Below are positions 19,579 through 30,605 of a stretch of 64,000 nt of DNA, one piece after another; position 1 is the first letter of the stretch; the number at the start of each line of letters is the position of its first letter. Made by a program: the position numbers and the translations under genes. The notes under the pieces are model-generated. The model was not told where the DNA came from. It worked only from the letters and a program-made list of their open reading frames with translations, and searched no databases. The DNA is from Candidatus Woesebacteria bacterium GW2011_GWA1_38_8. Lineage in GTDB: Bacteria; Patescibacteriota; Microgenomatia; UBA8517. The stretch is from NCBI GenBank assembly GCA_000993025.1, contig LBVJ01000001.1, positions 29,699 through 93,698 on the forward strand. The letters run 5' to 3'.

Positions 19579-20472
19579 TTAGGATTGATCGAGGTTTTTG
19601 AGGAATTCAGAAAAGTCTTTTCCGATATCTGATCTTTCAAGGGCAAACAAGACTTGGGTTTGCATATAACGAAGCGGATCACCTGTCGTCAGCCATTTTC
19701 CTTCAATAGGTTGAGCTATAACTTTTTTGCCGGATTGCGCAAGATTATTGAGAACATCAGTGATCCAAAGCTCATTATCCTTTCCGGTAGAAGTGTTTTT
19801 AACTTCTTTTATTACGTCATAACTGAAAACAAACCGTCCAAATTGAGCCATATTCGATGGGTTTTTCCCCAATGGCATTTTTTCAAGAATGGTAGAAATT
19901 TCATAGTTTTTTTCCTTGTTCTTATATTTTACGGTTCCATATCGTTCCACATCAATGTCGGGTACTTCCTGTACAGCCAGAACAGCAGATGGAGAATTAT
20001 TGTAAAAAACATCAATAAGCTGTCTGGTAACGGGCTTTTTAGAAATCGTCAGATCATCGCCGAACATATAAACAACCGATTCATAATTGTCGATAAGGGG
20101 AGCAGCAACCAGTAAAGGGGTACCGTTCCCGTAAGGCAGATTTTTTTTCTGCCGGACGTAGACAAAGTTGGCCATCTGCGGAATATCCCTGACTTTTTTT
20201 AAGAGATCATCTTTACCATTTTTATCGAGCATATATTCAAGTTCCAATGAACTATCGAAGTAATCCTCCATAATTCCTTGTCCGGATCTTGTGACAATGA
20301 TAATGTCTGTGATTCCAGATGAAACACATTCTTCAACCAAATGATGAATTATCGGTTTATCAATTATCGGAAGCATTTCTTTCGGTTGATTTTTTGTTGC
20401 AGGCAAGAAGCGTGTTCCATAACCTGCTGCAGCTATTATTGCTTTTTTTATCTTTCTTCTATTGGTTTTCAC
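19579..20472 (-). CDS. galU: UTP-glucose-1-phosphate uridylyltransferase (start reassigned to GTG 20472)
   Basis: KAIIAAAGYGTRFLPATK, PKEMLPIIDKP, VRQ and GDDL; TGnTATAAT just upstream of the GTG. Confidence 0.88.
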   Translation of the reverse strand: MKTNRRKIKKAIIAAAGYGTRFLPATKNQPKEMLPIIDKPIIHHLVEECVSSGITDIIIVTRSGQGIMEDYFDSSLELEYMLDKNGKDDLLKKVRDIPQMANFVYVRQKKNLPYGNGTPLLVAAPLIDNYESVVYMFGDDLTISKKPVTRQLIDVFYNNSPSAVLAVQEVPDIDVERYGTVKYKNKEKNYEISTILEKMPLGKNPSNMAQFGRFVFSYDVIKEVKNTSTGKDNELWITDVLNNLAQSGKKVIAQPIEGKWLTTGDPLRYMQTQVLFALERSDIGKDFSEFLKNLDQS

Positions 20473-20533
20473 AGTATGTAAATTATACCACAATAATTTG
20501 CTGTAAATATGAAAAAAGACGTATAATTCCAGC

Positions 20534-21031
20534 ATGGAAAATGGAAATATATTTAATAGTCCGAACGGAAACATTTACAATACCGGCGAACTCTTAAGGG
20601 AAATAAAATACTTTGTAGATGAACAACCTGCAGAATTTTATTCACTGATCATAGGCACTGACTCACAAACAAAGAGAATAAATGGAGTTTCAGAAATTGA
20701 TTTTGTTACCGCAATAATAATCTACAGGAAGAAAAAGGGGGCTAGATATTTTTGGACTAAAAAACAAGAGATAAAAAAAGCCGTCTTAAGAGATAAGATC
20801 TATACAGAGACTCTATTGAGTCTTGAATATGCGGAAAGTATAGTGCCTGAAATCAGAGGAATCATACCGCCCTCGAAGTACGACCTTGAAATACATATCG
20901 ATGTTGGACCATTTGGTAAAACAAGAAACATGATCCGTGAGGTAGTTGGTATGGTGACCGGAAATGGTTATGTCGCGAAAACTAAACCTGAAAGTTGGGG
21001 AGCAAGTTCGGTTGCTGATAAGCATACTTGA
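20534..21031 (+). CDS. RNase H-like YkuK (DUF458) family protein
   Basis: IIGTDSQ, LEIHIDVG and KPESWGASSVAD. Confidence 0.8.
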   Translation: MENGNIFNSPNGNIYNTGELLREIKYFVDEQPAEFYSLIIGTDSQTKRINGVSEIDFVTAIIIYRKKKGARYFWTKKQEIKKAVLRDKIYTETLLSLEYAESIVPEIRGIIPPSKYDLEIHIDVGPFGKTRNMIREVVGMVTGNGYVAKTKPESWGASSVADKHT

Positions 21032-21106
21032 CCAAGCTGCGCTTGTTAATTTCTAATTTTTAATTACTAATTTCTAAATATTTATTTTTGGGGTAATATT
21101 ACACTC

Positions 21107-21829
21107 ATGAAAGGAATAATATTGGCCGGGGGAAAGGGAACAAGGCTGCGTCCCTTAACAATAATTACCTGTAAACAGCTTCTTCCTGTTTACGACAAAC
21201 CAATGATATATTATCCGATCAACACTCTGGTCACCTCAGGAATAAAGGACATCTTAATAATAATCGCTCCTGAATATTCAGGACATTTCTTAAATTTACT
21301 TGGATCGGGAAAAGAATTCGGAGCGCGCTTCAGTTACGCAATTCAAGATGAGCCCAGAGGTCTTGCAGACGCTTTTATAGTGGGAGAGGATTTTATCGAT
21401 AATGACAACGTCACTCTTATCTTGGGCGACAATATTTTTGAAAAGGATTTTTCAACGGAAATTGGTTCGTTTAAATCAGGTGGAATGGTTTTTGCGAAAA
21501 AAGTTTCTGACCCTGAAAGATTCGGTGTTGTAGAGTTTGATAAAAAAATGAAAGCAACAAAGATCGTTGAAAAACCTAAAGATCCAAAGAGTGATTATGC
21601 AGTTGTTGGGCTTTATGTTTATGACAAAAATGTGGTTAAAAATGCCAAGAATCTCAAACCCTCCGATCGTAGAGAGATCGAAATTACCGATCTTAATAAT
21701 CTATATTTAAAAGAGGATAATCTGAAAGTGAATATTTTTGACGGGATTTGGGAAGACGCAGGGGATTTTGACAGCTTGTTAAGGGTGAGTAATTATATGG
21801 CAGGAAAAGCAGCAAGAATTAAGGGATGA
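21107..21829 (+). CDS. rmlA: Glucose-1-phosphate thymidylyltransferase (short form)
   Basis: GIILAGGKGTRLRPLT, KQLLPVYDKPMI, LGDN, EKP and EITD. Confidence 0.92.
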   Translation: MKGIILAGGKGTRLRPLTIITCKQLLPVYDKPMIYYPINTLVTSGIKDILIIIAPEYSGHFLNLLGSGKEFGARFSYAIQDEPRGLADAFIVGEDFIDNDNVTLILGDNIFEKDFSTEIGSFKSGGMVFAKKVSDPERFGVVEFDKKMKATKIVEKPKDPKSDYAVVGLYVYDKNVVKNAKNLKPSDRREIEITDLNNLYLKEDNLKVNIFDGIWEDAGDFDSLLRVSNYMAGKAARIKG

Positions 21830-21920
21830 GTAATAAGTGAGAAGTACGGGGAAAAGAATGAATGTGGTCAAAAAGATTTTTCTAGTACTTAGTTTCTAGT
21901 ACCTAGTATATATCGAACTT

Positions 21921-22925
21921 ATGAATTTATTAGTTACAGGAGGGGCTGGCTTTATCGGAAATAATTTTATTCGATATTGGCTTAATAAATATCCGAAAGA
22001 TAAAATATTAAATTTTGACAAGCTCACATATGCAGGACATATCAGTTCCACAAGAGATTTTTCCCAAAATAATAATTACGAATTTATAAAGGGAGATGTA
22101 TGTGACGCAAAAGCAGTAGACGAAGCAGTAAAAAAAACTGACACCATAGTTCACTTTGCTGCAGAAAGCCACGTGGATCGTTCAATACTTGACCCTTTGG
22201 TGTTTGTTCACACAAATGTCATGGGAACACAGGTTTTACTCGAAGCTGCTGTTAAGTATAAGATCAACAGATTTCATCACGTTTCCACTGATGAAGTTTT
22301 TGGTGAGCTTAAATTGGGAACTAATAAAAAATTTAATGAAACCACTCAATATGACCCCAAAAGTCCATATTCTGCCAGTAAAGCGGCTTCAGACCATTTG
22401 GTGAGAGCTTATGGGAAAACATATTCCCTACCGATCACGATATCAAACTGCTCTAATAATTACGGACCCTTTCAGGATCCCGAAAAATTTATACCTCGTG
22501 CAGTAACGAATTTAATTGACGGTAAATCTGTTCCTATATATGGAGACGGTAAATATACACGTGATTGGCTGTATGTTGAAGACCATGTAAGAGCAATAGA
22601 GACCATATTAACAAAAGGAAAGGCTGGAGAGACTTATCTTATAGGAGGATTGACTGAGGATATTAATAATTTAGAGGTTGTTAGAATGATATTAAAAATA
22701 TTAAATATAAATGGGTCATACATAAAATATGTAAAGGACAGAGCAGCGCATGACAGAAGATATGCAGTCGATTGGAGGAAAATTCATAGTAAATTGAAAT
22801 GGAAACCTATGTATGGTTTTGATACGTGGCTTGAAAAAACAGTTGAATGGTATAAAAATAACGAATGGTGGTGGAGGCCGTTAAAGAAAAAGGCTGAAGT
22901 ATTTTATAGAAATACCGAAAAATGA
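21921..22925 (+). CDS. rmlB: dTDP-glucose 4,6-dehydratase
   Basis: TGGAGFIG, AAESHVDRS, STDEV, YSASK and HDRRY. Confidence 0.96.
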   Translation: MNLLVTGGAGFIGNNFIRYWLNKYPKDKILNFDKLTYAGHISSTRDFSQNNNYEFIKGDVCDAKAVDEAVKKTDTIVHFAAESHVDRSILDPLVFVHTNVMGTQVLLEAAVKYKINRFHHVSTDEVFGELKLGTNKKFNETTQYDPKSPYSASKAASDHLVRAYGKTYSLPITISNCSNNYGPFQDPEKFIPRAVTNLIDGKSVPIYGDGKYTRDWLYVEDHVRAIETILTKGKAGETYLIGGLTEDINNLEVVRMILKILNINGSYIKYVKDRAAHDRRYAVDWRKIHSKLKWKPMYGFDTWLEKTVEWYKNNEWWWRPLKKKAEVFYRNTEK

Positions 22926-22929
22926 TTAT

Positions 22930-23547
22930 ATGAAGTGTAAAAACTTGGACGTAAATAAATTAAAAGTAAGTTGTGAACCATACATAATCGACACTCCTAT
23001 AGAAGGAGTTTTTGCCGTTAAACGTCCAAGATACGGTGATTCCCGTGGCAGTTTTCAAGAACTTTTGAGAATTCCGGATATTTCCAAACGATTTCAAGAA
23101 ACACAGATAGATCAATCTCAAATATCTGTATCGAAAGTTAATGTCTTACGGGGGATCCATGCAGAACCCAGAGACAAGATCATTACACCAATTTTAGGTA
23201 GGATGGCGGCGGTGGTTGTTGATTTAAGGGTTGAATCACCGACTTTTAAAATGTGGGTTCGTTTTGATTTTGATAATACAAATCCTGAAAATGAATTTAC
23301 CACTCTTTTTGTTCCTTCAGGATGCGGAAATTCTCTTTGTGTGTACAAAAAATCCGATGATGCAGGGGATGGTACTGTAATTTACCATTATACCTACAGT
23401 AGTATTTATGATCCTAAGTGGTCGGGATCGGGAGTCAGATATAATGATCCCCAACTTGATATTATTTGGCCGATTAAAAATCCCGTTTTATCCAATAGAG
23501 ACAAGGAACTTCCACTGCTTGACGAATTTATTGTAAAATACCGATGA
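22930..23547 (+). CDS. rmlC: dTDP-4-dehydrorhamnose 3,5-epimerase
   Basis: DSRGSF, VLRGIH, VDLR-SPTF and NDPQLDIIWP. Confidence 0.9.
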   Translation: MKCKNLDVNKLKVSCEPYIIDTPIEGVFAVKRPRYGDSRGSFQELLRIPDISKRFQETQIDQSQISVSKVNVLRGIHAEPRDKIITPILGRMAAVVVDLRVESPTFKMWVRFDFDNTNPENEFTTLFVPSGCGNSLCVYKKSDDAGDGTVIYHYTYSSIYDPKWSGSGVRYNDPQLDIIWPIKNPVLSNRDKELPLLDEFIVKYR

Positions 23548-24449
23548 ATGATAAGGTGCTAATTACAGGTTCCGACGGAATGGTCGGCTCAAGGTTTGTT
23601 GAACTATATCCAAATAAAAACGAACTGCTTGCTCCAACAATCGCCGAATTTGACCTGTTGAATCCTCATTCGATGGAAAGATATCTGAAAAATAACCCGG
23701 TTTCGTCTGTAATTAATTTTGCAGCCTATACGGATGTGAGAGAAGCAGAGAAAGATAGAGGAAATGAAAATGGACTGTGCTGGAATATAAACATTAAGGG
23801 AATAAAAAATCTGGTTAGTCTATTCGGATCGAAAGTTCATCTTGTACATATTTCAACCGATATGGTATTTAGCGGAAGTAAAGATGATAAGGGACCTTAT
23901 AAAGAGGTACGATGTCCCGAGCGGGATCCGAGCAAGGTTACATGGTATGGTTATACCAAAGGGGAAGGTGAGAATATTATAAGAGAGGCGGATATTAGTT
24001 CAACAATAATAAGAATAATATATCCGGTCAGGGCAAAATATGATAATAAATCAGATTATCTGAGAAAACATTTGAAGCTATATAATGATGATGCATTGTA
24101 TCCGATGTTTAGTGATCAGAAAATATCTGTCACCTTTATTGATGAATTATGTACGACTATCGGTAAAATATTATCCGATAAAATACGTGGTGTCTATCAT
24201 TGTTCCTCAAGTGATACTACCACACCTTATGAACTGATCAGTTATTTAATTGAGGCTAAATATGGAGTGAAAAATACCGTGAAAAGTGCATCTATACATG
24301 AATTTTTGAGAACTTCGGATAATCCACTGAGATATCCCATATTCGGAGGATTAAAATGCGGCATTTCACAAAAAGCACTTGGTATCAGGTATTCCACTTG
24401 TAAGCAGATCGTGAACAAATTGATCGGGCAAAATATTTCTCCTAGATAA
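23544..24449 (+). CDS. rmlD: dTDP-4-dehydrorhamnose reductase
   Basis: GSDGMVG, AAYTDV, ISTDMVF and YGYTK. Confidence 0.88.
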   Translation: MNDKVLITGSDGMVGSRFVELYPNKNELLAPTIAEFDLLNPHSMERYLKNNPVSSVINFAAYTDVREAEKDRGNENGLCWNINIKGIKNLVSLFGSKVHLVHISTDMVFSGSKDDKGPYKEVRCPERDPSKVTWYGYTKGEGENIIREADISSTIIRIIYPVRAKYDNKSDYLRKHLKLYNDDALYPMFSDQKISVTFIDELCTTIGKILSDKIRGVYHCSSSDTTTPYELISYLIEAKYGVKNTVKSASIHEFLRTSDNPLRYPIFGGLKCGISQKALGIRYSTCKQIVNKLIGQNISPR

Positions 24450-24593
24450 TTTCATAACAGACCTTCATTCTTTTTTTACCACATTAATACTACTCTTCCA
24501 TAGTGCATAATAAATTGTATTATAGGATTATTTGTTATATAATATACCTCACTTTACAGGCTCGTACGGTATTTCTTAAACGAATTATAAGAT

Positions 24594-27572
24594 ATGGATA
24601 AATACATAATAAATATATATACAAGCAGCGATATTTCATGGAGAACTAAAGTCTATTTGAAGAAGATCGGACGATTATTTACTGGTAATAAAAATGTTTC
24701 AGTGCCGATGGGTGCTGTCTTTAACAAAAGGAACAGATACGAAAAAAATAATATTGTTTATGAAACATATAATGGACTTGAAAAAGAATTCTCGGCTTTT
24801 GAAACCCTGACTGATGGTCAGAAATTATATTGGTCGATAGTTATAATTTCTCTTTTGATCCTGGGACTAATTAATATTCACTTCATGCTTGTTCTTATAG
24901 TCGGCTCTTTGACGTTTATCTACTTTGCCGATTTTTTGTTTACGCTTCTTATTATTGCGCGGTCATTTGCAAATAAATCGGAAATTAAATTCACAAATGA
25001 TGAGCTCGTCGAATTGGATGATTTCACTCTTCCAAGATACACGATACTGTGCCCGCTTTATAAGGAATGGGAGGTAATTGAACAATTTGTAAGATCAATA
25101 GAGATCATCGATTGGCCGAAGGACAAACTTGAAGTAATACTCCTTCTCGAGGAAGACGATACAAAAACAATTAATAAGGCATATGATCTTAATTTACCTT
25201 CCTATTTTCGAATCGAGGTAGTACCAAACTCGCTTCCGAAAACAAAACCAAAGGCATGTAATTATGGCTTGTCTAAAACTACGGGAGAATTTGTTGTCGT
25301 ATATGATGCTGAGGATAAGCCGGATCCCCTTCAGCTTAAAAAAGCCTACCTTGCATTTTCAAGGCTTCCGGAGAACGTTTCGTGCCTGCAATCGAAACTG
25401 AATTACTATAACCAGAACCAGAATATTTTAACAAGGCTATTTACGGCAGAATATTCTTATTGGTTTAATATTGCCCTAACCGGTCTTCAGACATTGAATA
25501 CAATTATTCCTCTTGGAGGGACAAGCAACCATTTTAGGACACCTTTTCTTAAAGATCTGCAGGGGTGGGATCCTTTCAATGTGACCGAGGATTGCGATCT
25601 CGGTACGAGGCTTTTTAAAAAGGGATATAGGACATCCGTTATTGATTCCGAAACGCTCGAAGAGGCAAATTCCAATATTAAAAGTTGGCTCAAACAGAGA
25701 TCGCGATGGATTAAGGGCTACATGCAGACATATCTTGTTCACATGAGAAATCCTATGGAATTTTTAATCAGATATAAACACCACGCTTTACTTTTTCAAT
25801 TGATCATCGGAATGAGAATGGTCTTTATTATTATAAATCCGATCCTATGGCTGATGACTATAGCGTATTTTTCAATGTATCCGGTATTTGGACCTTTTAT
25901 CGAATCGTTATATCCATGGTACATCTTCTATCCGGCTGTATTTTGTCTGATTTTTGCGAATTTTACGTATTTGTATTCATTCATGATCGCATCGGCTAAA
26001 AAAGACAAATGGGAACTTATCCAATACATATTTCTGATGCCTTTTTACTGGCTACTGACAAGTATCTCAGCCGGAATCGCATTTCATCAACTTATAACTA
26101 ACCCATACTATTGGGAAAAGACTAAACATGGGCTTCATTTGGGTAAAAATGAATCGGTTGATAAGGTGTCGGGTATACTGGATATCACAACTACTCCCGT
26201 CTTTCAATTTCCTTACTTTAAATATTTACAAGGCTTTCCGGGTAAATTTATTGTGTCGATTAGGTTGGTGATAAATTTCAAACCTATGGGGATAAAAATA
26301 TCGACCATATCCTTAAGGGAATTAATTTATACGGCAAAAGCATCGCTATACATTAATATTATATCTTTCATCAAACTATTCGGAAATGTAAATATCTCAC
26401 GTCCGCATAATAATAAACAAAACATATTGATCCTGAACTGGAGAGATGTCGGACATGTATGGAAAGGCGGAGCGGAAGTATATGTTCAGGAAATCGCAGA
26501 AAGATGGGTAAAGGGTGGATATGGAGTTACGATCCTCAGCGGAAATGACGGTAATTCCATGTACGATGAAAAAATACACGGTGTAAATATTATGAGAAGG
26601 GGTGGGTTTTTTACCCTGTATCTGTGGGTTTTGATATATTATGTATTCCGACTCCGAAAACATTTTGACCTTATTGTTGATTGTGAAAACGGGATACCCT
26701 TCTTTTCACCCCTGTACAGTACGCTTCCGAAAATTCTTCTCATCCATCATGTCCATCAACAGATCTTCAGGGAAAATTTACCGCTTCCATTCTCCTGGCT
26801 GGCAATGTTTCTGGAGTCGCGTGTCATGAAATATGTCTATAGATCAACAAAAATTGTGACGGTTTCCGAATCAAGTAAAGCCGACATCGCCGGACTTGGG
26901 CTTTCAAAGATCGAGGATATTGAAATAGTAACCCCGGGTATAAACCTCAGGAATTTCAGGAAACTTAAAAAATACACATTTCCCACCTATTCATATCTGG
27001 GTAGATTGATGCCCTATAAAAATATTGATATTTTAATAAAGGCATTTAAAGAAGTGTTACAAAGTGTTCCGGATGCAAAACTTATCATTGCTGGAAGGGG
27101 TCAGTACGAAGAACATCTCAATAGACTTGTTCATAAACTTGATATAGAAAGATTTGTTGAATTTAAGGGTTATGTCAGCGAAAATGAAAAGAGAGAGATC
27201 TTGGGTAGAAGCTGGTTTCTGGTCCAGCCTTCGTCATTTGAAGGTTGGGGAATGACAGTAACAGAGTCAAACGCTGCGGGTACGCCTGTGATCGCGTCAA
27301 ACACCGCAGGATTGAGGGATTCCGTACTAGACGGGCAAACCGGAATACTGGTTAAAACGAAAAGCGTTAAAGAATTGGCAAGATCGATGATAGCGCTGAC
27401 AGAAATGGATGGATTCAGAGAAAGGATTTCAAGAAATGCATATGATTGGTCACGCAAATATTCTTGGAATGTTTCTGCAAGGTTATTTATAAATATACTA
27501 AACAGAGAATCCGTCTCTCCTGCACTAGTTGAGGAGGGTTCAGCAAGCTCAGTGGCGTATTTGGAGGAATAA
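24594..27572 (+). CDS. Fusion: processive-type membrane GT2 plus C-terminal GT4
   Basis: PLYKE, KPKACN, YDAED, TED and QRSRW with flanking TMs; then LNWRD...GGAE, YLGRL...K and EGWGMTVTES. Confidence 0.9.
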   Translation: MDKYIINIYTSSDISWRTKVYLKKIGRLFTGNKNVSVPMGAVFNKRNRYEKNNIVYETYNGLEKEFSAFETLTDGQKLYWSIVIISLLILGLINIHFMLVLIVGSLTFIYFADFLFTLLIIARSFANKSEIKFTNDELVELDDFTLPRYTILCPLYKEWEVIEQFVRSIEIIDWPKDKLEVILLLEEDDTKTINKAYDLNLPSYFRIEVVPNSLPKTKPKACNYGLSKTTGEFVVVYDAEDKPDPLQLKKAYLAFSRLPENVSCLQSKLNYYNQNQNILTRLFTAEYSYWFNIALTGLQTLNTIIPLGGTSNHFRTPFLKDLQGWDPFNVTEDCDLGTRLFKKGYRTSVIDSETLEEANSNIKSWLKQRSRWIKGYMQTYLVHMRNPMEFLIRYKHHALLFQLIIGMRMVFIIINPILWLMTIAYFSMYPVFGPFIESLYPWYIFYPAVFCLIFANFTYLYSFMIASAKKDKWELIQYIFLMPFYWLLTSISAGIAFHQLITNPYYWEKTKHGLHLGKNESVDKVSGILDITTTPVFQFPYFKYLQGFPGKFIVSIRLVINFKPMGIKISTISLRELIYTAKASLYINIISFIKLFGNVNISRPHNNKQNILILNWRDVGHVWKGGAEVYVQEIAERWVKGGYGVTILSGNDGNSMYDEKIHGVNIMRRGGFFTLYLWVLIYYVFRLRKHFDLIVDCENGIPFFSPLYSTLPKILLIHHVHQQIFRENLPLPFSWLAMFLESRVMKYVYRSTKIVTVSESSKADIAGLGLSKIEDIEIVTPGINLRNFRKLKKYTFPTYSYLGRLMPYKNIDILIKAFKEVLQSVPDAKLIIAGRGQYEEHLNRLVHKLDIERFVEFKGYVSENEKREILGRSWFLVQPSSFEGWGMTVTESNAAGTPVIASNTAGLRDSVLDGQTGILVKTKSVKELARSMIALTEMDGFRERISRNAYDWSRKYSWNVSARLFINILNRESVSPALVEEGSASSVAYLEE

Positions 27573-27574
27573 AT

Positions 27575-28681
27575 ATGAATAATAAGAAAAAAATAGTTAT
27601 ATCAAATTATGATGATATTAAAAACCCCGATTATGCCGGGGGTGCTTCTGTCTCGATATTTAAATTGGCAAAACATTTGTCTCAAGAATATGATGTTTTA
27701 TTAATTACCGGTAAATACCCCGGTTCAAAGGACGAAATAGTGGACGGGGTGAATTACAAAAGAATCGGTTCATACATTATGGGTGGTAAAATCGGACATT
27801 TGTTTTATCTGCTTGCCTTACCCTTCGCATCGATAAGAAATGAATGCGACTTGTGGATCGAAAGTTTTACACCCCCATTCTCAGTTTCATTGGTACCATT
27901 GTTTCTGGGTAAAAATAAAGTTGTAGGTTTGGTACACATGTTGTCAGGAGTTGATATGAAGAGAAAATATAAACTACCCTTCAATAAAATTGAACATTTA
28001 GGTCTGAAGTTATATGAAAAATATATTGTATTAACTGAAGCATCAAGAAAAGAAATATTAAAATCAAATCCAAATGCACAAGTGTCGTTGATACCTAATG
28101 GAATTAATATCCCGTCAGAAAACAGTTTGAAAGTTAAAAAGAAATCGCAAATACTTTTTATTGGTCGTATTGAAGTAAATCAAAAAGGACTTGACCTGCT
28201 TATCAAAAGTTATAAGAAAGCTATTGATAAGATAGATGCAGAACTTGTGATTGCAGGAACAGGGATGAAAGACGAACTTCATAAGCTTGATTGTTTAATT
28301 ACCAAGTATAATTTAATAAATAAGATTAGGCTGGTGGGTCGTGTTGGCGGAAAGGCCAAAGATAAGCTTATACGTGAATCTCATATGATAATTGTACCAT
28401 CGAGATTTGAGACTTTTGGAATTACGGCGCTCGAAGCATTATCAAATAAAATTACTTTAATTTGTTTTGATATAACAGGTTTTAAATGGTTGCCTAAAAA
28501 CGTTGCATTCAAAATAATTCCATTTTCAGTTAAAGATCTTTCACAAACGATTATCGATCTTTTTAATAACCCCAGATTAAGAAATAATAAAATAGAAAAT
28601 GGTTATAGATTTTCAGCTCGTTTCGCATGGAAGGATGTCTTTTTGAAGTATGATGAAGTTATAAAAATATATATCAAATAA
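27575..28681 (+). CDS. GT4-family glycosyltransferase
   Basis: IPNGI, FIGRI...KGLDLL and PSRFETFGITALEA. Confidence 0.9.
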   Translation: MNNKKKIVISNYDDIKNPDYAGGASVSIFKLAKHLSQEYDVLLITGKYPGSKDEIVDGVNYKRIGSYIMGGKIGHLFYLLALPFASIRNECDLWIESFTPPFSVSLVPLFLGKNKVVGLVHMLSGVDMKRKYKLPFNKIEHLGLKLYEKYIVLTEASRKEILKSNPNAQVSLIPNGINIPSENSLKVKKKSQILFIGRIEVNQKGLDLLIKSYKKAIDKIDAELVIAGTGMKDELHKLDCLITKYNLINKIRLVGRVGGKAKDKLIRESHMIIVPSRFETFGITALEALSNKITLICFDITGFKWLPKNVAFKIIPFSVKDLSQTIIDLFNNPRLRNNKIENGYRFSARFAWKDVFLKYDEVIKIYIK

Positions 28682-28685
28682 ACAT

Positions 28686-30533
28686 ATGGATGAGATAGTA
28701 AATTATATAGTTATAAATAAAATAAAATGTTATTTTATATCCCCTCATCAGGACGATGCAATATTTTCGGCAGGGGGACTTATATCGTATCTTTCAAATA
28801 AGACGGAGGTAAAGGTCATAAACGTATTTAACGGTATCGGAAAACCACCCTATACTTTGTCCGGAAATGTATTTGTTAAAAGAAGCGGATGTAAGAGTGT
28901 CAAAGACCTGTGTGATAAAAGACACCTTGAAGATGCTTCGGTGTTTAAAGAGATGGGAGTAGATATGATTAATCTAAATTTTGATGATGCGTTGTGGAGA
29001 AAAAAACCAATTATTAAAACACACGAAAGGATTATCGGGAAAGTATTACCTGAGATATTGCACATATATCCAATTTACCGTACATCAATTGCGCATGGAC
29101 AGATTAAAAAATCGGATGAGAGTAACTTGGGAAAAATAGAAAAGGCCTTACGTAAAAACATTAAAGGCAAAAATGTGTTCGTTTTTTGTTCAGCGTCGAT
29201 TGGAGGACACGTTGATCATAAGATTGTAAGAAATATATGTGAGAGTAGCTTCAAAAACTTATATTTGTGGTCGGATTATCCTTACAACATCAGACTCGGT
29301 AATTATAAGAATTACAAAAGTATTTCGGAAAATGATTATTTTGAATTCAAATACGGTCAACCTAAAAGATTTGAAATGATCAAAAAATATATAACTCAAA
29401 AAAATGTCTTTAAAAATAACCAAATTAGAGTTACAAAGGAAATTTATTATTTCAAAGGAAAGTATGAAAATCTTATTAAAGAATCACGGGAGGGAATAAT
29501 TAACATAGAAACTAAACAGACATTAGATGAAAAACTTAAAAGTGATTGGATAGCGCTTTGGAATAGAAGCGACAACGCAAACATATCAAACTCACCTGAC
29601 TGGTTTGAAATATGCAATAAAACATATAAGTATAAGAATATCAATTTTGTATGTGCATACTGCGGTAAAGATTTGGTTGGTATCTTGCCGCTTCGGAAAG
29701 AGAAGTTTCTGTTTTTTGAACATTACACAACTATGGGTGGCAGGTATACCGACAAACTTGAGTTATTGACAGCAAGAAATTCCACAAATCTCTTGAATAA
29801 AATTATTCTGTACGCAAAAAAGCAATTTGACAACATTTCGCTTCCTGAATCTGATTTCGAAACTGCAATGTATTTGGCAAATGTATGGAATGCAAAATAC
29901 TCATGTTCTTCCGTGACTCCATATATTCCGGCAACAGACAACTATTTAGAGTTTTTATCCCGAAAACATAAAAAGGCAATGGACCATATTTTGAAAAGCC
30001 ACGGAGATAAACTGAAATTTAAAATTATTGGGGAGAAGCACCTGGATTATCTGGATCAAATTGTCCGTTTAGAAAGAAAAAGCACTAAATCAACCAAAAG
30101 AATCGGAACTATTAAATGTGCAAATGATATAAGATTTTTACGAAATATCATTTCAAAGTTTAACAAGAATATTTGTCTGGTTTTACTTTTTTACAATGGC
30201 AGGTTGGCTGCTTTTCGTATTGGGGCGGGTGTAAAGGGGGTTTATTATACATTTATGACTGCATACCGGGAATTCGCCAGGGAAGTTATTCCGGGAAGGT
30301 TGCTTCTTTATTATGTTTTAAGAAATAGACTTCGTGAAGGTATTTCGAAAGTTGACATGCTACGTGGTGATAATCAAATAAAAAGAGATTACACACCTTT
30401 CATGGAATACAGGTTTAACGTGTATCTGGGATACCGTCTATTTTCGTACAGTAATATATTATTTTGCAAATTAAAATATTTTATAGATCAGCATAGTTTT
30501 TTGTACAAAATATGTTTGTTGGTTAAACATTAA
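28686..30533 (+). CDS. Fusion: PIG-L/LmbE-type deacetylase plus GNAT (CelD/BcsL-like) domain
   Basis: SPHQDDA, HVDH and DYPY in the N-half; W-x-x-L...SPDW, PGRLL and DMLRGD...K in the C-half. Confidence 0.75.
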   Translation: MDEIVNYIVINKIKCYFISPHQDDAIFSAGGLISYLSNKTEVKVINVFNGIGKPPYTLSGNVFVKRSGCKSVKDLCDKRHLEDASVFKEMGVDMINLNFDDALWRKKPIIKTHERIIGKVLPEILHIYPIYRTSIAHGQIKKSDESNLGKIEKALRKNIKGKNVFVFCSASIGGHVDHKIVRNICESSFKNLYLWSDYPYNIRLGNYKNYKSISENDYFEFKYGQPKRFEMIKKYITQKNVFKNNQIRVTKEIYYFKGKYENLIKESREGIINIETKQTLDEKLKSDWIALWNRSDNANISNSPDWFEICNKTYKYKNINFVCAYCGKDLVGILPLRKEKFLFFEHYTTMGGRYTDKLELLTARNSTNLLNKIILYAKKQFDNISLPESDFETAMYLANVWNAKYSCSSVTPYIPATDNYLEFLSRKHKKAMDHILKSHGDKLKFKIIGEKHLDYLDQIVRLERKSTKSTKRIGTIKCANDIRFLRNIISKFNKNICLVLLFYNGRLAAFRIGAGVKGVYYTFMTAYREFAREVIPGRLLLYYVLRNRLREGISKVDMLRGDNQIKRDYTPFMEYRFNVYLGYRLFSYSNILFCKLKYFIDQHSFLYKICLLVKH

Positions 30534-30605
30534 AAGTATGAGAATAGGAGACTAATATAAATATCGTCATAATCATTATATGAATTGGGTGTTTTCCAAA
30601 TATTT

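Noticed and set aside
19654-20115. 153-aa ORF antisense to galU, and other antisense ORFs within ftsA, ftsZ, ileS, guaB and ruvC
   Set aside because: They are fully overlapped by well-conserved genes on the other strand or frame and show no motifs.
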